A stretch of 64,000 nucleotides of DNA from a virus: IMG/VR virus record IMGVR_UViG_3300002052_000634, positions 1 to 64,000 of that record. One strand, 5' to 3'. Below are positions 1 to 10,938 of this stretch, piece by piece (position 1 is the stretch's first letter; each line of letters starts with the position of its first letter). The notes below the pieces were generated by a model that saw only the letters and a list, made by a program, of their open reading frames with translations, had not been told where the DNA came from and made no database searches. A program made the position numbers and the translations under genes.

Positions 1-18
1 AGTAGAGTTTATTATAGA

Positions 19-456
19 ATGATAAGATTTTTCGAAGATATTCCACTCAATATAAAAACTTTTATTCAAAGAGGAAAAAGAGGATGGGCTAATAGCGATA
101 CGTGGGACTTTCATAGTTATCTGTCAGAAATAATATGCGAAGGCGTAAAACACTTAAAAAAAATTCAACATGGTTTATTTACTTGGACTCCAGGTAAAAC
201 AGAATTAGAAGCAGAAAACGAACAGGATTGTATTTTAAATACAATTATTAACACCTTTGAATTAGCTAAAGAAATTTCAAATGGAGATGTTCTTTATTTG
301 CCTTCTAAAGAATGGTCAGATAAAGAATATAAAAAATTAAAAAAATGGAAAGAAGAACATAAATATAAAAATAAAATCCTAAACAAAAAGGAAGTAGAAG
401 AATTCGAAAGAGGCTTTGACTTATTTAAAGAATATTTCTTTTCTTTGTGGGATTAA
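19..456 (+). CDS. Hypothetical phage protein
   Basis: 145-aa ORF; RGKRGWANSDTWD...GFDLFKEYFFSLWD pattern typical of phage hypotheticals. Confidence 0.6.
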   Translation: MIRFFEDIPLNIKTFIQRGKRGWANSDTWDFHSYLSEIICEGVKHLKKIQHGLFTWTPGKTELEAENEQDCILNTIINTFELAKEISNGDVLYLPSKEWSDKEYKKLKKWKEEHKYKNKILNKKEVEEFERGFDLFKEYFFSLWD

Positions 457-468
457 AAGGAGTATAAT

Positions 469-987
469 ATGAAAAAATTAGTATTGGTGATATTAGGGAT
501 TATAGGAGGATTATTAGGAGCTTATGGAGGAGCTTCTGAAACAGATAAAAACTGGCGAAGATTAGGAATTCCTATTTCAATTACTTTAATAGCTTTATTA
601 GTTTTACATCACTGGTTAGTTTTATCTATTCTATTTTTAATTGGAATTTTATGTCTTGGTTATGGTATTCCAGATAATACGGATTCTGGTTCTCCTTTAG
701 GGAAATTTTTTTATAATTTGTTTTCTGGTAATAATTTATTAGTCAATATATTTACAAGAGGTACTATAGGAATTTTAGCTTCTTTATCTTTAATAAGTAT
801 ACCTATAATAAAAGGTTGTTGGATTCTCTATATTTTAGGAAGTCTATTAATTATTGCTGTTTATTCATTTTTAAGTTGGAAAAATTTTGGTTTATTTACT
901 TTTTTTAGGAAATTATTAGCAAAATCAGAATTCGTAACTTATTTTACTTTAACTCTAGGAGCTATGCTTCTTATATTTATAGGATAA
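469..987 (+). CDS. Multi-pass membrane protein, paralog of 45736..46245
   Basis: Several hydrophobic helices; AAGGAG RBS. Confidence 0.7.
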   Translation: MKKLVLVILGIIGGLLGAYGGASETDKNWRRLGIPISITLIALLVLHHWLVLSILFLIGILCLGYGIPDNTDSGSPLGKFFYNLFSGNNLLVNIFTRGTIGILASLSLISIPIIKGCWILYILGSLLIIAVYSFLSWKNFGLFTFFRKLLAKSEFVTYFTLTLGAMLLIFIG

Positions 988-1040
988 TATGAAAAAAAAT
1001 TTTAATAAAATAAAAAAAAAAAATAATAACTAAAACATTT

Positions 1041-1670
1041 TTGATTAAAGAATATAATAGAAAACAAAAATCTGTTCCAATAATTGCTAAAGAAGTAGGC
1101 TACAGTCGTAGTACTATCAGAAGATATTTGAAGAAATTTAAGATTAAAATTCGAAATTATAGCGAAGCTCAAACAGGAAAATTAAATCATAGTTATATTG
1201 ATGGTAGAACTAATAAAAAGTATTATTGTGTAGATTGTGGTAAAAAATTATCTTGTTATACTTCAACTTATTGCAATACTTGTAAATATAAACATAAAAA
1301 ATCTTTAACAACTAAAGCCAAAATGAATATAAGTAAAGCATTAAAAGGAAAATACAAAGGCGAAAAAGCACATAATTATAAAAATGGAAAATGCAAGAGT
1401 AGAGGATATATTTTAATATTTTCCCCTACTCATCCTTATAGAGCTACAAATAATTATGTTATGGAACATCGTTTAGTTATGGAAAAATATTTAGGTAGAT
1501 ATTTAAGAACAGAAGAAATAGTTCATCATACTAATGGAATTAAAGATGATAATAGAATAGAAAATTTATCCATCGCAAATCTTAAAACTCACGAACATAA
1601 TACTTTGTTAAAAATAGCTCAACAAAAAATAAGAAAATTGGAGAAAATAATTGAGGGATTTAAAAAATAA
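1041..1670 (+). CDS. HNH homing endonuclease with N-terminal HTH and Zn finger; true start probably ATG 989 across an A12 frameshift
   Basis: [33 protein letters not shown] motif; [19 protein letters not shown]. Confidence 0.85.
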   Translation: MIKEYNRKQKSVPIIAKEVGYSRSTIRRYLKKFKIKIRNYSEAQTGKLNHSYIDGRTNKKYYCVDCGKKLSCYTSTYCNTCKYKHKKSLTTKAKMNISKALKGKYKGEKAHNYKNGKCKSRGYILIFSPTHPYRATNNYVMEHRLVMEKYLGRYLRTEEIVHHTNGIKDDNRIENLSIANLKTHEHNTLLKIAQQKIRKLEKIIEGFKK

Positions 1671-2367
1671 ACCTACTCAATGTATAATCATAGGAGGAGG
1701 TTTTTCTATAAAAGAGGGGATTAAAAAAGGATTATGGCAAAAAATTAATAATTATTTTGTCATAGGGTTAAATTATAGTTTTTATCATTTTCCTAATCCT
1801 ACGTTTCAATCCTTTGTAGATAATGATTTTTATGACAAAAATATTGAAAGATTAAAGGAATTGCCTCTTATTATAGGTAATAAAAAAAAGTTAGAAAAAC
1901 AATTATCAAATACTTTACTTTTACCTTCTATTACAACTTATTATAGAGATATTAAACATGGAGTATATAAGGCTTCTTTGGTCGGTATGTGGGCATTATC
2001 TATGGCAATTTACCTGGCAAATTCAGGAGATGAAATATATTTATTAGGATATGACTACGGAGAATTGAAAAAACCTCAAGAAAAGAAGTCTCTTACTCAT
2101 TATTATCAAGGAGAGATAAATCATCGGGGTATTAATAAGGTAAATTATTATAATTCTAATGGACGAGCAGAAAGAGACTTTGGAGTGTATAGAAATATAA
2201 AAGATATTAAAATTTATAATGTGTCGCAAATAAGTAGAATTCCTTGCGACATCTTCCCAAAGTTAAGTTACGACGAATTCTTTAACCGTCTCAATGGGGA
2301 CGTGTATGACCAAGAAAAACTTCGAAATGACATCCGTAAAAAGCTAAATTGGGTCAAAAACGCCTAA
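1651..2367 (+). CDS. MptE-like / sialyltransferase-fold (DUF115-type) protein
   Basis: [13 protein letters not shown] and IYLLGYD motifs plus a downstream HYY. Confidence 0.6.
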   Translation: MRDLKNKPTQCIIIGGGFSIKEGIKKGLWQKINNYFVIGLNYSFYHFPNPTFQSFVDNDFYDKNIERLKELPLIIGNKKKLEKQLSNTLLLPSITTYYRDIKHGVYKASLVGMWALSMAIYLANSGDEIYLLGYDYGELKKPQEKKSLTHYYQGEINHRGINKVNYYNSNGRAERDFGVYRNIKDIKIYNVSQISRIPCDIFPKLSYDEFFNRLNGDVYDQEKLRNDIRKKLNWVKNA

Positions 2368-2591
2368 AATAGCCTATTTAAAGCCTATTAGGGCTTGCCA
2401 GGATTGAATATGAGAGGATTTTATGCGGAAATGGATATACGTCTTTACTAAAAAATTCACTGTCTATATAGAGACTCTCAACGATAAAATTGTAGAAACT
2501 GCCCCTATAAATAAGTGGGTTAAAGGAAAATCAGCTAAATGGTATAAACAATATTTACAAGATAAAAGAATGTTAAAGGAGTGGAAAGAGT

Positions 2592-2822
2592 ATGAAGTGT
2601 AATATTTGCGGAATAGAAACTAATAGTTTATTTAACGGTAAATGTATGGAATGTTATGGTAAATATAATATTTACCCCATTACTACTCAAATAGAATTTA
2701 ATTACGAATGTCCCACTTGTAAAGGACGTTTTAATTATCCAGCTTATAGTAGCTATCCAGGAACTATTCGAAGTGCTTATTGTCCCTTTTGTGGATACCA
2801 AATGGTAGGGTTAAGTCAATAA
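2592..2822 (+). CDS. Small zinc-finger protein
   Basis: Four CxxC pairs. Confidence 0.55.
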   Translation: MKCNICGIETNSLFNGKCMECYGKYNIYPITTQIEFNYECPTCKGRFNYPAYSSYPGTIRSAYCPFCGYQMVGLSQ

Positions 2823-3514
2823 TGAAAAAACTTACATTTAAATCAGAAGTAAAACTAGCAGAAAAGGTTATAGAATATCTTCAAGATTTAAAATGGGAAG
2901 TTTATCAAGAAGTTACAATACATGGACAAATAGCTGATATTGTAGCTATCCAAAATGGATTAATTTGGATAATTGAATGTAAGAAATCATTAAGCCTCGA
3001 TGTCATTGCTCAAGCAGAACGTTGGACTCATTACGCTAATTATGTCTCCGTTGCAGTTCCTAAAACTTATCGAAACAATAATGGGAGACAATTTGCTTAT
3101 AAAGTTTTAAAACAATATGGTATTGGATGTTTAGAACTTGAACCAGAAATGCTTTTAAGTTCTGTGTCTTATATATCTCCTCAACTTCATAGAAAAGTAA
3201 TTAGCCAATATATAAAAGAAAGATTATGTGAAGAACATAAAAAGTGGGCTAAAGCTGGAAATTCTAAGGGAGAACGTTATACTCCCTTCCAAGACACTGT
3301 TCGACAAATTCACAGAGTTGTCAAAGATAAACCAGGTATAACTTTCAAAGAACTTATGACTGAGATAAATCATCATTATTCTTCCGATACTTGTGCCAGA
3401 AGTTCTATTGTTCAATGGATACATAGAGGTGTAATAAAGAATATATCTTTAAAACCAAAGGGGCGGTCTTACGCCTTATATTATGAGGAAAATAAAAAAG
3501 AAAGGAAAATTTAA
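2822..3514 (+). CDS. PD-(D/E)XK restriction-endonuclease-fold protein with possible C-terminal winged helix
   Basis: QEV..IADIVA..IIECK..QA motif; ATG at 2822 preferred over 2780. Confidence 0.7.
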   Translation: MKKLTFKSEVKLAEKVIEYLQDLKWEVYQEVTIHGQIADIVAIQNGLIWIIECKKSLSLDVIAQAERWTHYANYVSVAVPKTYRNNNGRQFAYKVLKQYGIGCLELEPEMLLSSVSYISPQLHRKVISQYIKERLCEEHKKWAKAGNSKGERYTPFQDTVRQIHRVVKDKPGITFKELMTEINHHYSSDTCARSSIVQWIHRGVIKNISLKPKGRSYALYYEENKKERKI

Positions 3515-3700
3515 ATGATACTATTAATATTTTTAACAGTATTTATTTTATATTGGGTAATCTTTATAAAAATAATTACAAATAAAAGAAAGTTTAATAA
3601 ACCAAAATATTATAAGAGAAACGCCGAATTTAACCGTATAAACGAAGAATTAAAGAAGTTTGACGATAGTATAGAGGCAAAGGAACAAGATAATAGCTAA
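3515..3700 (+). CDS. Small single-TM protein
   Basis: N-terminal hydrophobic helix. Confidence 0.5.
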   Translation: MILLIFLTVFILYWVIFIKIITNKRKFNKPKYYKRNAEFNRINEELKKFDDSIEAKEQDNS

Positions 3701-4278
3701 TAGTTTATATAAAGAGCTACGTGGGACGTTTTTATACTCTATATTATGAGGAATAATGGAAGAAAGAACTCTATGCCCTCATTGTTGTAATATAACTAAA
3801 ACTGTTAAAGGAATGTGGAATAAATGTTATAAAAAGAAAAGGAAAATATGGAAAAAAGAGAAATAAGATGTGATAATTGCGATAAACTTTTAAATATCGA
3901 AAATAATTATAATAAATATGAATTGAGTCGTAAAAATATATATTTACAAAGTACGACTTCTAAATGGGATTTTTGTAATATTGATTGTTTATTAGAATAT
4001 ATACAAAAACATTATAACGAATTTTAAGGAGAAAAAAATGCCAAAGTATAGAATTTATTTCTCACGTCTCTATACAGTAGATATAGAAGCAGAAGATGAC
4101 ATTGAAGCTGAAAATATGTTTACTGGAGGTAATTATAAACAGTATGAAGAAATATATCACGATACCGAAATTACTGATATAGAGGAATAAATACCCCTTA
4201 ATAGGTCACTGGTGAAGCTAGGATAAGCGTAGCGAGGCGTAAAACCGTAAATAGGGGTAAGTGTCGTATATAAAAAAT

Positions 4279-4298
4279 AAGCCCCTTATAGGGGCTTT
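4279..4298. terminator. Hairpin near the convergence of + and - gene blocks, possible bidirectional terminator
   Basis: AAGCCCCT-TAT-AGGGGCTT flanked by an A-run and TTT. Confidence 0.5.
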
Positions 4299-4318
4299 AA
4301 ACAACGTTTAGAGGTAAT

Positions 4319-4480
4319 ATGGACTGGAATTATATATGTTTAGATTGTAAAAAGACGTATTTAGCGTGTCATGAGGAATGTTTACGTTGTGGCGGTATAA
4401 TCGTTAATAGGAAAGAATACGAAAAGACGTGGAACGTTGATATTAGAGGACGTAGACGGAACGAGCCGAGAGGCGAGTGA
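4319..4480 (+). CDS. 53-aa zinc-ribbon protein (not in ORF track)
   Basis: GAGG RBS; MDWNYICLDC..ECLRCGG. Confidence 0.5.
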   Translation: MDWNYICLDCKKTYLACHEECLRCGGIIVNRKEYEKTWNVDIRGRRRNEPRGE

Positions 4481-4500
4481 AGCGTCTGAATGGGAAGAAA

Positions 4501-5682
4501 TTAATCCCACTTGGGAACTCCGATTTCCTTACTTAAAGCACCTGTCAATTTCATCACAGCATAATCATATCCATAATAATCTATATAACTATCAACTAAA
4601 GACCAATGTAAATGAACAATTATTTCATATTCAGAAATATCTCCATAATCTGTTTGAACTATTGTACCATCAGTAGCGTAATCGGGATAATCTGGAGATT
4701 GATAATAATCTATCCTATATCCATTAATACCTCCCCTAGTAATAGTTCCATAACTACCTTCGTATTCTTTAGTATTAATTCTTTCTTGTTCAGATGATTT
4801 AGTATAACTAATAATATCAGAAGGAGGAGTTAAATTGGGTATAGATTTAGAAAAAGAAAAATTAGCTTCTGGATATTGATTTTGAAAATTTTCAGTTACA
4901 GAATGAATATAATGGTCGGTATCTATTCTAGTTCCATCGTATATTGTTCCAGATTGTGCATGATATGACAATCCCCAATGATAGTAAGGATTTTCAGGGT
5001 CGTCATCGTTATATCCTATATCTAAAGGCCAAGTAGTAGAATTACTCCAATACCAGGGAGGAACAGTACCTTCAACAAAAGTAGAATTACTATCAGATTC
5101 TATATCTTCTTGAAGTGTTGGATGAGGTACAGGATTAGCACCCATTACTTTATAATGATGTCTAAAATCTTCTATATGAACATTTTTAATCCGTCCTTTA
5201 TAATTATCTAAATCGGGGTCATGCCAATTGGTCTGATATGTGCCCATCCATTTTAAAATAGCATAATTAAAAAAACCAGCCCATCCTATAGCAAATTTTG
5301 CTAGAACTTTTGTAACAACATTTCTCAAATCTCTAATATGCTTTTTATTAAATCTATCTATAATATCTTCTTCTACTATATCTAATTCAATTCGTTCTGC
5401 TTCAACTATATAAATCTGTTGAACGGAATTCCATTCTTCTTGTATTTCTATAATATGATTATTTTGAAGACGTTCTAGTCCTTGAAAATTAGGAATAAAA
5501 TTTTCATCGTTTTCATGATTAATCCAATTCCAAGTTACTCCTCCGTCTTCTGATTCTAAAGTATATTTAGTACCAGATTTGGTAAGTATAGGGTCATGTT
5601 CAAAGGAAGAGCTTTCTATTTCTCCCTCTTCATTTATGGTATAATTATTATAACAAAAAGGACATCTGTAAATAGTTGCCAT
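4501..5682 (-). CDS. Putative virion (tail tip) protein
   Basis: 393 aa, last gene of the structural operon; acidic and aromatic-rich. Confidence 0.5.
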   Translation of the reverse strand: MATIYRCPFCYNNYTINEEGEIESSSFEHDPILTKSGTKYTLESEDGGVTWNWINHENDENFIPNFQGLERLQNNHIIEIQEEWNSVQQIYIVEAERIELDIVEEDIIDRFNKKHIRDLRNVVTKVLAKFAIGWAGFFNYAILKWMGTYQTNWHDPDLDNYKGRIKNVHIEDFRHHYKVMGANPVPHPTLQEDIESDSNSTFVEGTVPPWYWSNSTTWPLDIGYNDDDPENPYYHWGLSYHAQSGTIYDGTRIDTDHYIHSVTENFQNQYPEANFSFSKSIPNLTPPSDIISYTKSSEQERINTKEYEGSYGTITRGGINGYRIDYYQSPDYPDYATDGTIVQTDYGDISEYEIIVHLHWSLVDSYIDYYGYDYAVMKLTGALSKEIGVPKWD

Positions 5683-5685
5683 AAT

Positions 5686-6408
5686 TTACTCCTGTGCAGG
5701 GTCTTCAGCGAATACCGCATAGAATCTCCAAACATTAGCTTCATCATCCCATACCACGCTACTTTTACTATCATCTGAAGTATCAAGTAACGGTGATTTC
5801 ATTTCTACTTCATCTTCACCTGTAGTCATAATCTCTCCAGTTTCGGGGTCTTTACGAACTAAATAAGTATTTTCAACATCTATATATTTACCTCCAGCTA
5901 CCCATTTTTGTGTTGATACATCAAACTCAATGTCTAAATTACCTATTTTAGGAATAAATTCACTTTGTCCATCTTCTGTCTTTTTTTCAACGGTTTTAAC
6001 CTTTCCATTTCTTGACCAAAATTGCTGAGTATGTTTATTTAAAATTTCTCCTTCTTCATCTAATAAATTACCGTTGTCATCAGTTTCATATTCTACTAAT
6101 TCTAAAGTTGATATATCTAAAGCTCCACCAGCGTATCTAGAATGTCCATGTTTATTATATCCTTTACTAGGTTCTTCTGGTTGAGCATTAGAAGGAGGTT
6201 TTATTATTTCAGCATCATTCCAGGGTAAAATACCTAATCCAAATCCTACTTTAGGGTCTACAGGCATAACTTGACTCATATCTATATTTTTTACTTTAGA
6301 ATAAGGAACGATAGATTTATTTTCTAAATTTTTAGATAAATCATTTACTTTAGATTGTAGAGAGGCTATCTGTTGTTTTAATTGTTTTATTTCTTCGTTA
6401 ATAGTCAT
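5686..6408 (-). CDS. Putative tail tip protein
   Basis: N-terminal coiled coil; position after hub-like gene. Confidence 0.45.
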   Translation of the reverse strand: MTINEEIKQLKQQIASLQSKVNDLSKNLENKSIVPYSKVKNIDMSQVMPVDPKVGFGLGILPWNDAEIIKPPSNAQPEEPSKGYNKHGHSRYAGGALDISTLELVEYETDDNGNLLDEEGEILNKHTQQFWSRNGKVKTVEKKTEDGQSEFIPKIGNLDIEFDVSTQKWVAGGKYIDVENTYLVRKDPETGEIMTTGEDEVEMKSPLLDTSDDSKSSVVWDDEANVWRFYAVFAEDPAQE

Positions 6409-6427
6409 TTATTAAACCTTTCTAAGG

Positions 6428-9400
6428 CTACGTTGTAAAACGAAACCTTGCCCTATTATCAGGAACGAAATGATTAGGAATAGACATTTTTCTTCTATAA
6501 TATTGCCCATTTTGTAATTGGATAGTTACTTGGAAATTCGACATATTATATGTCATAGAAATTATATTCAAAGGATTCTCAGTAACTCCATCTATTTGAA
6601 TTCTATTAGATAATTCTATCCCATAAGTTACTGCACTATCTAAAGTTACATCGATAGACCCTCTGATAGATTTATAAGCACTATTACTTAATTGCCAATA
6701 TGCCAAATCTTCAGCGAAATCTGTATCATCCCAAGAAGGTACAATTATCCTATTTCCATCGGCATCTAAATAAGAACCTCCGATTTGAATAGATAAATTT
6801 GTTAGTTGTAATAAATCTATAATAGTTTCTGAATATGTGCCTACTTTATCAGTTATAAATAATAAGGGATTAGAAATATCAATTTCGGGGTCTTCAGATT
6901 CGTCATCAGTATTAGAATAATACTTTTTTTTCCATAATTTCAATCTAATCATAGGTGCTCTTATTTCTTCAATTTCTCCATAATCGTTTTTTATAAAAAG
7001 ATAAATAGGTTCATTAAATATTAATTTTTGATTGTCATAGTCTATAGTGAATCCTTCCGTTAAAACTCCTTCATTTAAAGAACATTCCCACCACAAACTG
7101 TAAGGTAATATTACTTCTACTTGAGGAGGATAACGGTCTGTCCATGATTCTGATTCTGGATTTAAAAAAGGAAGTTCATATTTAGTAAAAACTGTTTTGT
7201 ATTTTTCATTATCTTCTGTTTTATGCCAATCCCATCCGTAACCATTATCGGAATTTTTAGATAAAACTTCATAATCTTCATCCCAATCTGGATTAACAGC
7301 AGTATTGATATTTTCGTACATAAAAGACGGATATTCTTTGGTTTCTCCCGTATCATTAAAATTACGAATAACTTTATCGCCCATTTGTACTCTTAATTTG
7401 TTTACTATAGTAGATATATCTTCAGTGAATTGATGCCTTAATACTTGATATAATCCTAAATTTTTTCCAATTTCTTGACGTTCTAAATCTATAATCGAAC
7501 CTCTTCCTGCTGTCCATAATTTTTTATTTTCATCCTTATCATAATACCACCCATAATTCCCACAATTCGTAATTAAATCGGTAGTTACTTCGGATTTTCC
7601 AATTCCGAATAAATTCATTGTCTGTGGAATAAAATTTCCTATTCCAGGAGACCATCCTAGTTCGTTTGTTAATGCTGTTGAAATATTATAATAATACTTT
7701 TCCTTATTATCCACTGGTTCATGTCCGACAAAAAAGTAAAGTTTTTCTCTATTTTCTTTCCAATATAGATTATTGCAATTTATTCTAATTGCCTCTGGAG
7801 TGCTCGCAGGGGTAATAGAAGTAATATATCCTTTATATAATAGCCAGTTATGATAATAAATCGTGACAACAGATTCTACTGATGGTTTTGTGGAATCGTA
7901 AGCTCTTCCTAATTCAAAAGTCGCTGTATGTGCTCCATTTACAATCTTAGTAATACTTATACTGTCTACATTCAAATCTGTTTGTTCGCTTCCTCCTATA
8001 TATACTTTAACATACTCTTTTCCTAAAGATTGAAATCCTGTATCTCCAGGTACTTGATAATCTGCTAATACCCTTACGTCGTTATCTACATTATTAGTGC
8101 TTTCTGCGAGAGTACGAATATCATTATCAAAATCGGAAATATCTCCATTAACCGCAGACATTAAATTAACAAAATAAGAAGTAGACCTGACAGCAGTATT
8201 GAACTTTTGGTCTATATCAATTTCTTCTTCTTTTACTGTTCGAATTTTTTGACTAATATCTTTCCTAACAGTGGCTAAGAATTCAAATTCATCTCCTATT
8301 GTTATAGTAGCTTCATCTTCTTCTTGACTAGTTACAGAATCATCTCTTAATAGAGTGATTTGGTCATCTAAAAATACAGGAACGAAGTTGATGTCATATC
8401 CTATATAATGGTCATAAGTTTCATTACCGCTAAATGCACAAGGAGACGAAGTACGAATAAGATAATTATCCTCTGAGATATTAATAAATTCAGGGTCACT
8501 TGTAATAGAATTAGTTCCTGCACTTACTCCATCTACGTTAGTGTTACAGCTATAATAATCATTATAATCCACGTCAAATGAAATATTGGAATCGGTTTCT
8601 TTTATTCCAGTATCCCAATCATATATAATATTATTATGTACATAAGCAGTTCCAATACCATCGGCATCGTTGAAAAATATTCCTTCATCAGAACCAGAGC
8701 CAACTAATGTGTTATTAATAATATTTATATTTCCATTGTAATCTTGACTTCCTCCTATTTCAATAGCTTCTGTAACAGTATCGTAAATTAAATTGTATTG
8801 AATATCTATTGTAGAATTTAATCCCCAACCACAATAAATTCCAAGATTAACATCGTAAATAATATTATTTTCTATGTAAATATCAGTATTATTATAAGGT
8901 TCAATCCCCGCTCCATTACAATGCCTAATAATACAATTTTTTACTTCTGGAATATGTCGTATTGCAGTTACTGAACCCTGACCTGCATATTCTACTATGG
9001 CATAATGTACATAAGAAGTTTTTGGAGTCGTTACATTCCCATCGTTAATATATTCCCAATCTCCTTTTGCAGGATTGCCTCCATATAATGGTAATTTATT
9101 AGCGGAAGTAAATAAAATAGGATTTTCTTCTGTTCCATCTACTTTTATGGCAGTTCCGTTGGACATTATAGTAATTCTAGTCCCTGCCTCAAAATATATC
9201 TCACATCCAGCTTCTATGGTTAATGTTGCTCCATTAGCAATTGACACATTACCAATTATTCCATGAGGATTATCTTCAGCTTTCCAAGTTTCATTAGAAT
9301 ATATAGTGCCTTCGTGATAAGTTCTAAAGAAAATAATTCTATCGTCTAAAGATATAGTGTCATCTACTCTTAAAATTTCTTTTGTCGGACTTACTAAAAT

Positions 9401-10036
9401 TTCATCAGATAATATTACAGTATCTGCCCCTTCAAAAGTTTCCTCTCCTGGTGCACCAGGGGTTAAATCCATATTTTCAACATAACCACTTTGAGTAGTA
9501 GCTCCTCCTACCCCATAAGGGTAACCACATTGAAGATACTTATATTTTGTGGTAGGACAACTATTATATGTATTAGAAAATATAGCATTAGTATCATTTT
9601 CTCTATCGTTAGCTGTTGGATAAATTCCATAATATATATCTGTCCCACTTCTTCCTACTTTAACATAATAAGTGGTATCTTGTGATAAACCACTCATTTC
9701 CATTGCTCCTTTAGATGTACTTGGAGCAGTGAAAATACCAAAAGTAAATCCTCCTCCATAAGCAAGAAAATACATACCATCTCCAGCCACTGTCATATCA
9801 TACCAAGTGCCAGGAGTATTACATAAAGCCCAATAACCTATAAGTGGAAATCCCCCATCGGTAGTATTAAAATCAAAATAATGTTCAAAATCTTCAAAAT
9901 AATCTACTCCTAAGTCTTTATATACATATGAAGAATCCGTATAGGGTAAATTAGTACCTGTATTTCTTACAGATGTTTGAGACCAATAATTATTAGGGTC
10001 AACTTCTATAAATGTTGTAAAATCTTGATAAGCCAT
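6428..10036 (-). CDS. Large tail protein: lectin-like N-terminus, right-handed beta-helix, C-terminal hub/late-control-like region
   Basis: Parallel beta-helix repeats (IENNIIYD, IQYNLIYD, VHNNIIYD, DVDYNDYY..SDPEF); C-terminal IVNKLRVQMG..RGSIDV..IQIDG..MTYN hub-like pattern. Confidence 0.65.
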   Translation of the reverse strand: MAYQDFTTFIEVDPNNYWSQTSVRNTGTNLPYTDSSYVYKDLGVDYFEDFEHYFDFNTTDGGFPLIGYWALCNTPGTWYDMTVAGDGMYFLAYGGGFTFGIFTAPSTSKGAMEMSGLSQDTTYYVKVGRSGTDIYYGIYPTANDRENDTNAIFSNTYNSCPTTKYKYLQCGYPYGVGGATTQSGYVENMDLTPGAPGEETFEGADTVILSDEILVSPTKEILRVDDTISLDDRIIFFRTYHEGTIYSNETWKAEDNPHGIIGNVSIANGATLTIEAGCEIYFEAGTRITIMSNGTAIKVDGTEENPILFTSANKLPLYGGNPAKGDWEYINDGNVTTPKTSYVHYAIVEYAGQGSVTAIRHIPEVKNCIIRHCNGAGIEPYNNTDIYIENNIIYDVNLGIYCGWGLNSTIDIQYNLIYDTVTEAIEIGGSQDYNGNINIINNTLVGSGSDEGIFFNDADGIGTAYVHNNIIYDWDTGIKETDSNISFDVDYNDYYSCNTNVDGVSAGTNSITSDPEFINISEDNYLIRTSSPCAFSGNETYDHYIGYDINFVPVFLDDQITLLRDDSVTSQEEDEATITIGDEFEFLATVRKDISQKIRTVKEEEIDIDQKFNTAVRSTSYFVNLMSAVNGDISDFDNDIRTLAESTNNVDNDVRVLADYQVPGDTGFQSLGKEYVKVYIGGSEQTDLNVDSISITKIVNGAHTATFELGRAYDSTKPSVESVVTIYYHNWLLYKGYITSITPASTPEAIRINCNNLYWKENREKLYFFVGHEPVDNKEKYYYNISTALTNELGWSPGIGNFIPQTMNLFGIGKSEVTTDLITNCGNYGWYYDKDENKKLWTAGRGSIIDLERQEIGKNLGLYQVLRHQFTEDISTIVNKLRVQMGDKVIRNFNDTGETKEYPSFMYENINTAVNPDWDEDYEVLSKNSDNGYGWDWHKTEDNEKYKTVFTKYELPFLNPESESWTDRYPPQVEVILPYSLWWECSLNEGVLTEGFTIDYDNQKLIFNEPIYLFIKNDYGEIEEIRAPMIRLKLWKKKYYSNTDDESEDPEIDISNPLLFITDKVGTYSETIIDLLQLTNLSIQIGGSYLDADGNRIIVPSWDDTDFAEDLAYWQLSNSAYKSIRGSIDVTLDSAVTYGIELSNRIQIDGVTENPLNIISMTYNMSNFQVTIQLQNGQYYRRKMSIPNHFVPDNRARFRFTT

Positions 10037-10061
10037 ACTTTAAAAAATCCTTTCACTAAGA

Positions 10062-10526
10062 TTATGAAGACACTGTAATCGTTATCTTAATATATAAATC
10101 TGTATCTGCATCTACTTCTTTCGCTGTGAATGTAAACCTATCAAGCATTGTAGAACCAGATTCCGTATTACTATCAAATAAACCAGCTTCGGTAATATTA
10201 TGAGTAACACCAGAACCGAAAGAAAAAGTATATTCGAATGTCGCTTTATAATCTGCTTCATAAGCTTTAGTAGCTAATGCTCTAGTTATTTCCGTTTCTA
10301 AAGATGTATCACTAGCACTTACTCCTGTAGTTCCTGTTCCAATCGCTATGGACTGAAATTCACTAATACCACTAACAAGACCTCCTATCAATTTTGCAAC
10401 ATGTTCTTTTCCAACATTAACAATGAGATTTTTCATATTTTCTCTGTCTATAACTTTACCATTTTTCTTTCTTCTTTCTATAACTACAGTTCCTGTTAAT
10501 TTTAGGAAATCTTTACTTGGATTCAT
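10062..10526 (-). CDS. Tail/baseplate protein
   Basis: NLIVNVG..IAIGTGTT..DTSLETEI..ITEAGLF motif; GGAGG RBS before ATG 10526. Confidence 0.7.
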   Translation of the reverse strand: MNPSKDFLKLTGTVVIERRKKNGKVIDRENMKNLIVNVGKEHVAKLIGGLVSGISEFQSIAIGTGTTGVSASDTSLETEITRALATKAYEADYKATFEYTFSFGSGVTHNITEAGLFDSNTESGSTMLDRFTFTAKEVDADTDLYIKITITVSS

Positions 10527-10539
10527 GTTTGTTCCTCCT

Positions 10540-10938
10540 TTATCCGACCCATCCAACAGGATTGAGTCCTTTAATTTTTTTGTCTGTTTCTTTATATATT
10601 TTTTTGGTAATATCTTTTATAGTAAAATTCTGTTTTATTATATTACATAAAGGAATTCTATAAACTGTAACCATTTTGTTCCTTTTACCCATAAGATACA
10701 CATATTGTAGTTGTACTTTACCTGCGTTTCTTCCATTTAAATCTGTTATAGCTTCTATCATATGATAATATTGTTCAAAATTTTTTATCGATAGATAACT
10801 TCCATTAGCCAATCTATACAAGATTCTTCTAATTTTTTTACGTGGAATCTCCGTCCATTTAGTTTTAAAATAGTCAGTACCGCCTAAAAATCTTGTCCCA
10901 TCTTCAAAGATTATAATAAAAATAGATTCTTTTTTCAT
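10540..10938 (-). CDS. Hypothetical protein
   Basis: 132-aa ORF in the operon. Confidence 0.55.
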   Translation of the reverse strand: MKKESIFIIIFEDGTRFLGGTDYFKTKWTEIPRKKIRRILYRLANGSYLSIKNFEQYYHMIEAITDLNGRNAGKVQLQYVYLMGKRNKMVTVYRIPLCNIIKQNFTIKDITKKIYKETDKKIKGLNPVGWVG

